This document shows positions 1 through 8,201 of a stretch of 23,064 bases of DNA, piece after piece. The notes under the pieces were generated by a model. The model saw only the letters and a list, made by a program, of their open reading frames with translations. It was not told the DNA's origin and did no database searches. This DNA is from a candidate division FCPU426 bacterium. Lineage in GTDB: Bacteria; Oederibacteriota; JAAXVQ01; JAUVAV01. Position numbers and translations under genes: made by a program. The stretch covers positions 1 through 23,064 of the forward strand of contig DAOWGI010000044.1 of the NCBI GenBank assembly GCA_030637655.1, given 5' to 3'. Numbering within the stretch: position 1 is the first letter of the stretch; every line of letters begins with the position of its first letter.

Positions 1-87
1 AGGAGGTGATACTGAATCAAAGAAAACAAAATCTTGCTCGAGCTCGTCAGCTACGCTATACTTCTTGGCAGATGAGCCGGCAATGCA

Positions 88-3000
88 TCACGAAAGTAGC
101 TGTACAAGCGGCTTGAGGTCAAACTCGCTGAAATACTCCGCTTTAATAAATTGCTCCTCTGACTGCAACGCCAGAGTTGTCAACGCATGTAGGACTGCAT
201 GATCCAATCGGTCAAATTCATCCTGTTGAATGTCTTCCATATAGCTCAATTCCAATAATTCTAGAAGCAAAGGAAGGGATTCGTAATTCGTCAAAGACTG
301 CAACGGAGATTTCCCAAACATTCTTTCGGAATATTCTTTGTGCTTAATTATCCACTCAACATAATATTTAAAACCATCCATATCTTGCAAGAGCGCCAAA
401 TATGATGCTGCCTTTAATTTTTCCTGTTCATTATTATTTTTCATCATATAACCAAGAATTTTCAATAAATCGGCATTATTCTTTTTCAACTCTATTATTC
501 GTTCTATCACTACCCACTTAAAATCATCAATAATTTTAGGAAGTTCACTTTCAAGAGCTGATAAATCGGCCTCAACCTCTACTAGAGCATCCAATGCCAA
601 ATGTCGAACACGGCTGTTTGGACCACTATTTCCGACTATCACATTTAATGCAAACGGTGCAATCTCATGCAATCTGTTCCGCTTGCAATAGTCAATATAA
701 TTTTCAAAGACATAGTTATTATTCACACCATTTTCTAAATCCCCAAATATTCTTTCTTTAATCTCAGTGTTGCTTAATCGTCCTTCAAGATATTTTATCC
801 CCACAGGCATATCTTCTTCAATCCATTCAAAAGCAAGCATGTCTAGTAGGATGTTTTTTGGATAATCGAGATTTAACCTGATTAAATAATATCTAAGAAA
901 AATAGCATCCCAACTGGTTTGCATCTTCCCATCTGGCGTCATTATCACAGCAGTTTTGAAATCAATTTTTTTCAATTTTTCCTGGCACCATTGATTTATC
1001 CTGTCCACTTGCTCCGGCGACAGCATTAACTCTCTCTTTCTGTCATTTAATAATCGTATATATATTTCATTTAAACTATAATATTCCCATGTCTGCTTTA
1101 TAGCTTGACTTATAGTTTCAAATGTCACTGGTTGATTTATTTTCTGCGCAAGCAGACTGCGAATTTCATAAACAACCAATTCGGAATAGGGTGGAATATC
1201 AGACCAATATTGTTTCGTAATATTTTCAATGTCTTCGCCTGTCAGTTCTGTTTTATTTTGCTCTCTAAATACATTTTTCACTTCCTCGAAAAAAAGATCA
1301 ATATTGAACAACATGTTAAATTCCCTTTGGTAGTGTTTTTCTCGTCCATGCAGCCTTTCTTCTCTTGTGGGCAGCGCAAACTTGTTATTACTTATTTCAT
1401 TAAGACGTTGATTAAACGGCAGAAACAATGTGTTGTTCCAAAAAGCAAGTGCATTTTGAAATCTCCAGATATCCTCATCGGTCAATTCTTTCGCCTCATA
1501 TTTTTCAATAATAAGATCAAGACATGTTTGATCCGCCAGAGTTGATAAAATATTCAAATTATTTATTTCTATCGGTAGCATTTCTCTGAAAGTTTCATAA
1601 CGGGTATTTGTCTTATTAAAAAAGATAATAAATTGCTGCGGTTCTGCTTTATATCCTTGTTTGACCAGTACAGCAAATAATTTTCGAGCGGTTTCAAGTA
1701 ATTCGGGCATTTTCTTAAAAGCCTCGGCTGCATTTAACGCAATACTTGAAAGCAATTCATTCAAGTTATGGTCATGCGCATCAGCAGGATGCTCGCTGAA
1801 ATAGAATAATATTTTATTAACTGCTTGTGGAGTTTTGGCTTTCTCTATACCTTTTAAAAGATGATAGTCTTCATCACCTAGCCTCCCTTCACCAGCTCTT
1901 CTATGCGGTTCATAGCGGACATATTTAATTCCTTCAAGAAATACGTCAATATTCTCATCAAGATATTCGCTATTATGCAGCAGATAATACAAGCCTGATC
2001 GAATCCAATCGTTATCTGAATTGCGCAATTCATTTACAATCCCATCTACTTTCGCATTTTCAGCCACTCGCAAGACAGAAAGCGCTATCAATGCATTGTG
2101 GCGTACTACCTGGTGCTCATTTTGGTCTATCGCATATACATATAAGAGTTCAATGGCCCGTTGCCTTTGGGCGGAATCTATCTTCATATGTTCTATCAAT
2201 TTAATTGCATTACTACGTGTAGTATAATACGCTGCTTTATCAACCTCATCTAACAAGAAATCAATCGCTCCCGGTGACTGACCAAACTTTGCAAGGTCAG
2301 AATATGAGTATAAATCACGATCAATCCAAATCTGTTTATCTTTGTACTGGTTAAAGACAGTCTTGAATATTTGAATCCGTTTCTCTAAAGGTATTTTATC
2401 ATGCTCAAAGTTAACCAAAATATTAGGTGCAAGACTTTGTAGCCAAGTAATCAACTCCGGCTGCTCCGCAATACTAAAAATAAAAGACAGGGTATTCAAC
2501 CAAGATGGTATTATCCGCTGATAATTTGGCCCAAAGGAAACCATCTTTTTAATGATTTCCAAAGGTTGAGACACAAGATTTTTCGCTGCCAGGTATTCTT
2601 GAAAATTATTATGTTCGAATTGCCATTGGATACCTGAATCCTCGTTTTTTTTCCATATTGTCCCGGATTTTAAAATGTTACGTTTGGTATCATCAGGCAC
2701 AATTTCCTGAAATTCATCGTCTGTCATATAGTTCCTGCCAAGCATTTCCAGACCTAACGCAATGCGCCCAAGCATTACGAATATTTCTTTCTTTTTATCT
2801 TTTAATTCAACTGTTGTCCTGAAATGAGTAACATCCCATTGAAACCGCCAGCTTATTAAATGATACAATATTCCACTTTTAGTTTTCGGTAAATCACTAT
2901 TATTTTGATATTGAACTATCAGGTTAACTAAATAAAAAGGATTAATCAGAAGGTCCGTAACTTTTGCCTCTGATATTTTACATATAAAGTCATCCGCCTT

Positions 3001-4146
3001 TGTTCCAAGTCTGTTTTTCACATACTGATTAATCGCTTCATCATCAAGATCACACAGCGCATATGACGCAAACCTTTCCAACGTGCCAGGAGATTTGATA
3101 TTTTTATCAGTTTGTTCTGATTCAGTTTTATAAAAATTCGCCCGGCATGAAACAAGCATATGCAACTCAGGATGATTTTCCGAATATCGCTCGATCTCTC
3201 GTATAGCATCATACCAATGCTTGCTCTCAATTTCATCAAGACCGTCAAAAATTAAAAGCTGCTGATTTTCGGGAATATTATTGATATTGCTTGGCAATAA
3301 GTTGTAAATATTACCAGTATATTTGTTCAAAGAGATCCAGTGTGGTTCAATCTCTCCGTACTCCATAAAATGCGCCTGAATTCTTTGAAGTTCCCTGGTT
3401 TTACCCATTCCGGCTCCGCCAAGAAGAACTAGATGTCTTTCTTGCATGATCACTTCTATAATATCCTTTGACACATCACGGCTTCGACCTAACAACTGGG
3501 CTTCATCTCTTTCTTGAGTTTTAATCACTTTTCTAGCTATATAATAACCATAATCCGGCGGTTGTTGCTTAGATATGTTGATTTTTGTTTTCGTTAAGGA
3601 AGAATAATTTCTTACTATATATTGAAGCGTTTCACTTACTTTCCTTCTGAAAACATCTCCGGTTTCAAAGTCATCATAATATTTAAAGTCTTTATATAGT
3701 CCCATCTTTCCAACTTTTGATTTAAATTCACTTATATCAGCCAGTTGCATTTTTTCATGTTCATCTTGAGGGAGAGCTTTATTTACTTTGAAATAAAAAG
3801 TGATTACAGGGCTACCATTATTTCTCATCCTAAAAACTGCATCTTCAAACTCGCTTTCGGTTGGCGCCAGTCCGTTCTTGTTTTTGTCTCCAAAACGCCC
3901 CCACAACATCCCGAAATAAATGTCGGGATTTTTTTCTTTGATTTGCTTATCAATAACATCCTGTGCCCCCTCACCTGTAACTAAAGGAATTACATCCTCT
4001 TGCCATTCAAAGGGCTCTACTGCTATACACTCATTACTCAGACTTTTGGTAAGCTCTTGACATACGCTTTTAATTATTTTTTTCTCATCTTCCACATCAC
4101 CTGGACATGAAATAAAAACAGTGAAGCGTTTTATATTTTCGGGCAT
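88..4146 (-). CDS. DUF4062-like (TIR/nucleoside-deoxyribosyltransferase-like) N-terminal domain + NACHT/STAND NTPase + long alpha-helical (HEAT-like) C-terminus; bacterial NLR-like protein, putative anti-phage defence
   Basis: N-terminal VFISCPGDV...W...Q..I...DIYFGMLWGRFG...TESEF...FYFK fits the DUF4062 pattern. Walker A GGAGMGKT (about residue 243), Walker B LLIFDGLDEI, sensor VSCR, LINPFYL and winged-helix FEHNNFQEYLAA are NACHT hallmarks. GGAG Shine-Dalgarno lies upstream. The gene is visibly AT-richer than the housekeeping genes. The defence role is inferred from architecture only. Confidence 0.85.
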   Translation of the reverse strand: MPENIKRFTVFISCPGDVEDEKKIIKSVCQELTKSLSNECIAVEPFEWQEDVIPLVTGEGAQDVIDKQIKEKNPDIYFGMLWGRFGDKNKNGLAPTESEFEDAVFRMRNNGSPVITFYFKVNKALPQDEHEKMQLADISEFKSKVGKMGLYKDFKYYDDFETGDVFRRKVSETLQYIVRNYSSLTKTKINISKQQPPDYGYYIARKVIKTQERDEAQLLGRSRDVSKDIIEVIMQERHLVLLGGAGMGKTRELQRIQAHFMEYGEIEPHWISLNKYTGNIYNLLPSNINNIPENQQLLIFDGLDEIESKHWYDAIREIERYSENHPELHMLVSCRANFYKTESEQTDKNIKSPGTLERFASYALCDLDDEAINQYVKNRLGTKADDFICKISEAKVTDLLINPFYLVNLIVQYQNNSDLPKTKSGILYHLISWRFQWDVTHFRTTVELKDKKKEIFVMLGRIALGLEMLGRNYMTDDEFQEIVPDDTKRNILKSGTIWKKNEDSGIQWQFEHNNFQEYLAAKNLVSQPLEIIKKMVSFGPNYQRIIPSWLNTLSFIFSIAEQPELITWLQSLAPNILVNFEHDKIPLEKRIQIFKTVFNQYKDKQIWIDRDLYSYSDLAKFGQSPGAIDFLLDEVDKAAYYTTRSNAIKLIEHMKIDSAQRQRAIELLYVYAIDQNEHQVVRHNALIALSVLRVAENAKVDGIVNELRNSDNDWIRSGLYYLLHNSEYLDENIDVFLEGIKYVRYEPHRRAGEGRLGDEDYHLLKGIEKAKTPQAVNKILFYFSEHPADAHDHNLNELLSSIALNAAEAFKKMPELLETARKLFAVLVKQGYKAEPQQFIIFFNKTNTRYETFREMLPIEINNLNILSTLADQTCLDLIIEKYEAKELTDEDIWRFQNALAFWNNTLFLPFNQRLNEISNNKFALPTREERLHGREKHYQREFNMLFNIDLFFEEVKNVFREQNKTELTGEDIENITKQYWSDIPPYSELVVYEIRSLLAQKINQPVTFETISQAIKQTWEYYSLNEIYIRLLNDRKRELMLSPEQVDRINQWCQEKLKKIDFKTAVIMTPDGKMQTSWDAIFLRYYLIRLNLDYPKNILLDMLAFEWIEEDMPVGIKYLEGRLSNTEIKERIFGDLENGVNNNYVFENYIDYCKRNRLHEIAPFALNVIVGNSGPNSRVRHLALDALVEVEADLSALESELPKIIDDFKWVVIERIIELKKNNADLLKILGYMMKNNNEQEKLKAASYLALLQDMDGFKYYVEWIIKHKEYSERMFGKSPLQSLTNYESLPLLLELLELSYMEDIQQDEFDRLDHAVLHALTTLALQSEEQFIKAEYFSEFDLKPLVQLLS

Positions 4147-4248
4147 TTTGTTTCTCCAAAACTATATAATAATTATGACCATTCTTCTTATAACTGTTTT
4201 ACCTACTGGATGCCAGCATTAGTTTGTTAGCTTGAGTTTTTCCCCCTG

Positions 4249-4275
4249 CATTCCCGACAACCGCGTTCGGGAATT
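4249..4275. repeat. Degenerate ATTCCCGA-N-TCGGGAAT hairpin; remnant of the repeat family seen at 7702-7776
   Basis: cattcccgacaaccgcgttcgggaatta resembles the right half (gattcccgattaaaccgttcgggaatgac) of the 7702-7776 element. Confidence 0.5.
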
Positions 4276-4298
4276 ATTAATACAGAATCCCCACGTCA

Positions 4299-5310
4299 TA
4301 ATTCGAAACGTTATTCAGCAATACGTTTATAATTAATTCATTACGTCGCGTTGGTTCTGAGACGCGATGAATCGCGTCTCTACAATAAACCGCCGCACTT
4401 TCCGATGGAATGAATGTGGTTTGATTCTAAGACGCGATGAATCGCGTCTCTACATAAAACCCGCCGCACTTTCCAAGGGGGTGAAATTACGGCGCGGTTG
4501 GTTCTGAGACGCGATAAATCGCGTCTCTACAATAAACCTCGCCCCGCCGCTTCATCCTCCAACCATCCCTCCAGCTCAGATTGGCTCTCCCTTAATTGGT
4601 GCACTTTCTCCTCATTCGCCTGCCAATAACCCCGGCCCTGGGCTTCCAGCATCCTGTCTACAATACGCGCAGCCGCAAACCGGTTGTTCTGTTCAAGACG
4701 ACGTCGCATATCTTCATCTAAAATCAGCGTATCAGCGATCTTTTCCCAAGCCCAATTGCCGACTTTGTGCGTCGTGGCGGCAAAGGCCAGGGTGTTTTCC
4801 ACGCGTTCATGTATCTTTTCCGCGCCCAGATAATCATGTTCCAGCATAGCCTTAATCCACTTGGGATTCAACAGCCGAGCATTTTCCCGTGCCTGGCACC
4901 GTTCGCGTCTCTACAAAAACCGCCACCCTTTCCAAAGGGGTTAAATTACGTAGCGCTTGGTTCTGAGACGCGATTTATCGCGTCTCTACATAAAAACCTC
5001 CACCCTTTTCCAAGGGGGTGAAATTACGTCGCGGTTGGTTCTGAGACGCGATAAATCGCGTCTCTACATAAACCTCCACCCTTTCCAAGGGGATTAAATT
5101 ACGTCGCGGTTGGTTCTGAGACGCGATGAATCGCGTCTCTACATAAAACCTCGCCCATTTTTTGACGTATTTTCCTTCTTTAGTATCGGTTGCAATTGTT
5201 AATATTTTGAGGGGTTAATTCGGGACGGTATTCGGTAATACGGCTATAATTAAATTCATAATGTCGCGGTTGGTTCTGAGACGCGATGAATCGCGTCTCT
5301 ACATAAACCT
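4299..5310 (-). repeat. Tandem array of GTAG-type REP units (core GTAGAGACGCGATT(C/T)ATCGCGTCTC on the minus strand): 7 full copies + 1 half copy
   Basis: Cores at 4359-4383, 4429-4453, 4506-4530, 4903-4914 (half), 4965-4989, 5043-5067, 5118-5142 and 5278-5302. Period is 70-78 bp within the two sub-arrays, and the linkers are similar to each other (CACCCTTTCCAAGGGGGTGAAATTACGTCGCGGTTGGTTCT-like). Confidence 0.95.
4527..4902 (-). pseudogene. 3'-terminal fragment of a CobN / magnesium chelatase subunit H (BchH/ChlH) family gene
   Basis: ARLLNPKWIKAML.H.Y.GA..I..RV.NT.AFAATT..V.NW.W......I.DE.MR.RL...N..A...IV.RMLEA..RGYW.A.EE....LRE...ELEG.LE matches the C-terminal ~120 aa of these >1000-aa proteins. 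The upstream frame is closed by a TAG at 4911-4913 in the half REP, and no RBS is evident. Confidence 0.85.
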
Positions 5311-5475
5311 CATTAATGCCCGGTAAATTGATTCGCGCATGCCGGGTATGGGGGCAAACGGGGTCACATCTTCATTGAAGACTAAAATTGAAAACCGAAA
5401 AATGACCACAACTGAGTTTTTAATTTTCTTTTTTCTTTTCTCAGTTGCTCCGTCCTGCACCGCAGGTACAGGACA

Positions 5476-5552
5476 TGGTGGGCAGTACAGGACTCGAACC
5501 TGTGACCTCTTGCATGTCAAGCAAGCACTCTAACCACCTGAGCTAACTGCCC
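5476..5552 (-). tRNA. tRNA-Val(GAC)
   Basis: GGGCAGTTAGCTCAGGTGGTTAGAGTG-CTTGC-TTGACAT-GCAAG-AGGTCACAGGTTCGAGTCCTGTACTGCCC-ACCA: cloverleaf, anticodon GAC, encoded CCA, 77 nt. Confidence 0.97.
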
Positions 5553-5576
5553 TTTATAAGATTTGTAAGAGAAAGC

Positions 5577-5605
5577 ATTTTAGAAAAAAGAGACCCTTTT
5601 TTCAA
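5577..5605 (-). promoter_or_regulatory. Sigma70-type promoter for tRNA-Val
   Basis: Minus strand TTGAAA (5605-5600), 17 bp spacer, TAAAAT (5582-5577), about 25 bp upstream of the tRNA. Confidence 0.6.
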
Positions 5606-5626
5606 GGATAAATTTTCAAATTTTCC

Positions 5627-5654
5627 GTAGGAGTGCAATTAATCGCGCCCCTAC
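5627..5654. repeat. GTAG-type REP palindrome overlapping the surE stop codon
   Basis: GTAGGAGTGCAATTAATCGCGCCCCTAC; the surE TAG is at 5653-5651. Confidence 0.8.
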
Positions 5655-6412
5655 AATTCCCACTTACGTAAATCGTTCATAAACTCTTGGCTGGTAAGGT
5701 TAAATTGCAGAGGAGTTAAAGAAGCATAGCCCTCCGCAATGGCTACAGCATCGGCATCCGATGAGCTGTCAATTACTTCTGCATCTTCCAAAGACAACCA
5801 ATAATACTCCCGGCCACGCGGATCCAGGCGTTTCTCATATTTGTCATTGTAGTGGTAATTGGCTTGGTGCGTAAGACGAATACCCTTAATCTGATCTTGC
5901 GGCAGACTGGGAACATTCAAATTGAGCATCACGCCTTTTGGCAATCCTTTAGCCAACATCTGCTCTGCCAATTTCCGGACGTATTTTCCAGCCGGCTGGT
6001 AATCCTGTTTACTCTGTAAGGAACCCATAGACACGGCCAAACTTGGTATTCCGTAAATGGTTCCTTCCATGGCAGCAGAAACTGTTCCGGAATACAACAC
6101 ATTGGTTCCGGTGTTGGGTCCGGGATTTATTCCCGAGACCACCAAATCCGGAGATTTTGGCAGGATATTGCTAATTGCCAATTTGACACAATCGGCAGGT
6201 GTGCCGGTCACTGCTTGCCCGTACAAATCACCATTCCGGTAAATATCCAATACCCGGAGAATATGCATCATGGTAATAGCATGTCCGGCTGCGCTGCGTT
6301 CTGTATCCGGCGCAATAACACGGAGTGTGCCCAAACCTTCCAGAGCTTCTTTTAAGGCTGCTAACCCCGGTGCGTGTATTCCATCGTCATTGGTAATTAA
6401 AATAGTGGGCAT
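5651..6412 (-). CDS. surE: 5'/3'-nucleotidase SurE
   Basis: ILITNDDGI.APGL, APDTERSA, GTPADCV, DLVVSGINPGPN, YSGTVSAAMEG, DPRGREYYW, SLTPL. Confidence 0.97.
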   Translation of the reverse strand: MPTILITNDDGIHAPGLAALKEALEGLGTLRVIAPDTERSAAGHAITMMHILRVLDIYRNGDLYGQAVTGTPADCVKLAISNILPKSPDLVVSGINPGPNTGTNVLYSGTVSAAMEGTIYGIPSLAVSMGSLQSKQDYQPAGKYVRKLAEQMLAKGLPKGVMLNLNVPSLPQDQIKGIRLTHQANYHYNDKYEKRLDPRGREYYWLSLEDAEVIDSSSDADAVAIAEGYASLTPLQFNLTSQEFMNDLRKWEL

Positions 6413-6431
6413 AAAATACCTTCTTAAAAAA

Positions 6432-6500
6432 GTAGGGGCACGGTACGACCGAAGGAAGTCCCGTACGATCCCCCATCCGGTCGGGGCGCCGTGCCCCTAC
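6432..6500. repeat. GTAG-type REP with an enlarged loop
   Basis: Perfect 12-bp arms GTAGGGGCACGG / CCGTGCCCCTAC around 45 bp that contain an inner CGACCG/CGGTCG pairing. Confidence 0.85.
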
Positions 6501-6526
6501 AAACGTTTTTCTTATTTTATTTTAAT

Positions 6527-7054
6527 TTACTTCTTTTTTTTCTCTTTCTTTTCTTCTGCTTTGGGAACTTCAGGTTTTTGTTCTTCCGGTATGCTGAATT
6601 TTTTCTTGCTCTGTTCCAAAAAAAGTTCAGTCAATTTATTATTATATTTTTCACGATCTTTCGGGGAAAGACCACTAATATAACGCATCATTTCTTCCAT
6701 ACTGGTACTGTGTTTGGCGTAAATTTCCTCGCTTTTTTTACGAATACGATCATTCAAGGCCATTAACTTTTTTGGATCTTTGGGCAAATTCCTGCCTGAA
6801 GGGAATTCCTTCATGCTCTGCGCGGACACTTCATGCGTAATGGCCGCTGCTTTTTCAGGGGTCAGACTGCCCTTGTAGGGTTCTTTCTTTTCTTCCAGAC
6901 CTTTTACGACTTTCTCAAGCTTTTTTTCCATATCAGAAGCGCCTTTGTCCTCAACCTCCGGCGTTTTCCATTTTCCGCACCCCATGGTTCCTGCCAAAAC
7001 AGCAACCGTTACTACCACTATACTAATTCGCCCTAGTGTTTTTAACCAAGTCAC
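6527..7054 (-). CDS. Hypothetical lipoprotein, lysine/glutamate-rich and probably helical
   Basis: Basic N-terminus, hydrophobic stretch, lipobox-like AGTMG-C (Cys26); AAGGGG Shine-Dalgarno before the GTG start. Confidence 0.75.
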   Translation of the reverse strand: MTWLKTLGRISIVVVTVAVLAGTMGCGKWKTPEVEDKGASDMEKKLEKVVKGLEEKKEPYKGSLTPEKAAAITHEVSAQSMKEFPSGRNLPKDPKKLMALNDRIRKKSEEIYAKHSTSMEEMMRYISGLSPKDREKYNNKLTELFLEQSKKKFSIPEEQKPEVPKAEEKKEKKKK

Positions 7055-7096
7055 AGTGATCTACCCCTTTCATAAGTTAATATCAAATAGAATAAA

Positions 7097-7124
7097 ATAA
7101 TAGCATACCCCAACAGAACGTCAA
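7097..7124 (-). promoter_or_regulatory. Putative sigma70 promoter for the lipoprotein-surE unit
   Basis: TTGACG (7124-7119), 16 bp spacer ending TGc, TATTAT (7102-7097): extended -10 type. Confidence 0.45.
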
Positions 7125-7594
7125 TCCTTTTTCTGTAGCCGGCGCGACCGTCTTTCCGAAGCCGGTAGAAATCGATTGATTATGGCCAAAGTCCCCACAG
7201 CCAACAAAGTCGTTGCCACTGCCAAAACATACATCCCTCCCCCACAGGCCAGTCCTATGCCGGCCACAGCCCAGATGGAGGCTGCGGTGGTCAGACCGCG
7301 GATCAGACCACCTTCGGCATGCATAATAGTGCCCGCACCTAAAAAGCCGATTCCGGTAATAACTTGTGCCGCTATCCTACCCGGATCAATGGTATTACTT
7401 ACACCGGCATAGAGATGAAACAGCTCAAGGGAAACCAGCATAATCAAGGAAGATCCCAAACACACCATGATATGGGTTTTCAAGCCGGCCGGTTTATGAG
7501 CCAGTTCACGATTCAGACCGAGTAAACCACCCAAAATAATAGCCAGCACCAGGCGTATTATCATTTCCCACCATGGCAGCGTTGTCACAAACAT
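7121..7594 (-). CDS. MgtC/SapB family membrane protein
   Basis: RLVLAIILGGLLGLNRE...KPAGLKTHIMVCLGS, DPGRIAAQVITGIGFLGAGTI, GLTTAASIWAVAGIGLACG. Start reassigned to the ATG at 7594 (GAAGGAG upstream). Confidence 0.92.
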   Translation of the reverse strand: MFVTTLPWWEMIIRLVLAIILGGLLGLNRELAHKPAGLKTHIMVCLGSSLIMLVSLELFHLYAGVSNTIDPGRIAAQVITGIGFLGAGTIMHAEGGLIRGLTTAASIWAVAGIGLACGGGMYVLAVATTLLAVGTLAIINRFLPASERRSRRLQKKD

Positions 7595-7647
7595 GGTCGC
7601 TTGCTCCTTCTTCAATTTACTAACATGTCAATCATGGTTTTTTTGTT

Positions 7648-7776
7648 TGTCATCCCCGGATGCAGCCCCCACCCTGTCATCCCCGGATGCAGCCCCCACC
7701 CTGTCATCCCCGAATGCTCTTATCGGGGACACGGTTTAAAAAACCAGATTCCCGATTAAACCGTTCGGGAATGACA
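7648..7776. repeat. TGTCAT...ATGACA REP/MITE-like element (7702-7776) preceded by two 27-bp tandem copies of its left end
   Basis: TGTCATCCCCGGATGCAGCCCCCACCC at 7648 and 7675, then TGTCATCCCCGAATGCTCTTATCGGGGA...ATTCCCGATTAAACCGTTCGGGAATGACA with terminal inverted repeats and two internal hairpins. Confidence 0.85.
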
Positions 7777-7863
7777 AACTAAAAAAATGCTTCACTGACC
7801 TGTTACTTAATTTATAATACCTAATGTAAACATTATACTGATTTTATTCGGGTATGAACACCC

Positions 7864-8199
7864 TTACTTTTTAGTCTTTTCAGGTAGTATTCTCAGTTTC
7901 GAGATAATCCGGGCCAGCTTCTTTTTACCAATGCCGCGCACGGTCGGCAATTCCGTTAAATGTGTAAATCCCTGTTGAGCTTCGCGCTGAGCTACAATTC
8001 TTCGGGCCAGTTCAACACCGATTCCCGGCAAGGTTGCCAGTTCACGAAAAGAGACTTGATTAATATCCATCCATTCGGTCTCTGCCGGCGGCAAAGACGT
8101 GGGCGTTGTTTGTGCTTGCCAGAGTTGAATTCCTATATACCCCAGCATAAGTGTTAATACAAAAACCAAACAGAGCAGTGTCTTAGGGCGCAAACGCAT
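7864..8199 (-). CDS. ComEA-family helix-hairpin-helix DNA-binding protein with an N-terminal membrane anchor
   Basis: Transmembrane segment, then MDINQVSFRELATLPGIG.ELARRIV..RE...GF....EL..VRGIG.KKL (two HhH motifs). Confidence 0.88.
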   Translation of the reverse strand: MRLRPKTLLCLVFVLTLMLGYIGIQLWQAQTTPTSLPPAETEWMDINQVSFRELATLPGIGVELARRIVAQREAQQGFTHLTELPTVRGIGKKKLARIISKLRILPEKTKK

Positions 8200-8201
8200 G
8201 T

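Noticed and set aside
1-12. AGGAGGTGAT as a 16S rRNA 3' end or an RBS of a small plus-strand ORF
   Set aside because: No further rRNA-like sequence follows, and the short ORF ending at 116 has no supporting motif and overlaps the NACHT gene end.
1-145. Possible truncation or TGA read-through of the NACHT C-terminus
   Set aside because: The frame stays open past the TGA to the window edge, but only for 29 codons. A hand count shows no sharp GC step at ~142. It cannot be supported without a homologue alignment.
4341-5310. CRISPR array
   Set aside because: The linkers are homologous to one another rather than unique spacers, the core is a GTAG REP hairpin, and no cas genes are in the window.
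5299-5533. 73-aa (-) and 64-aa (+) ORFs
   Set aside because: They overlap tRNA-Val and low-complexity T-rich sequence.
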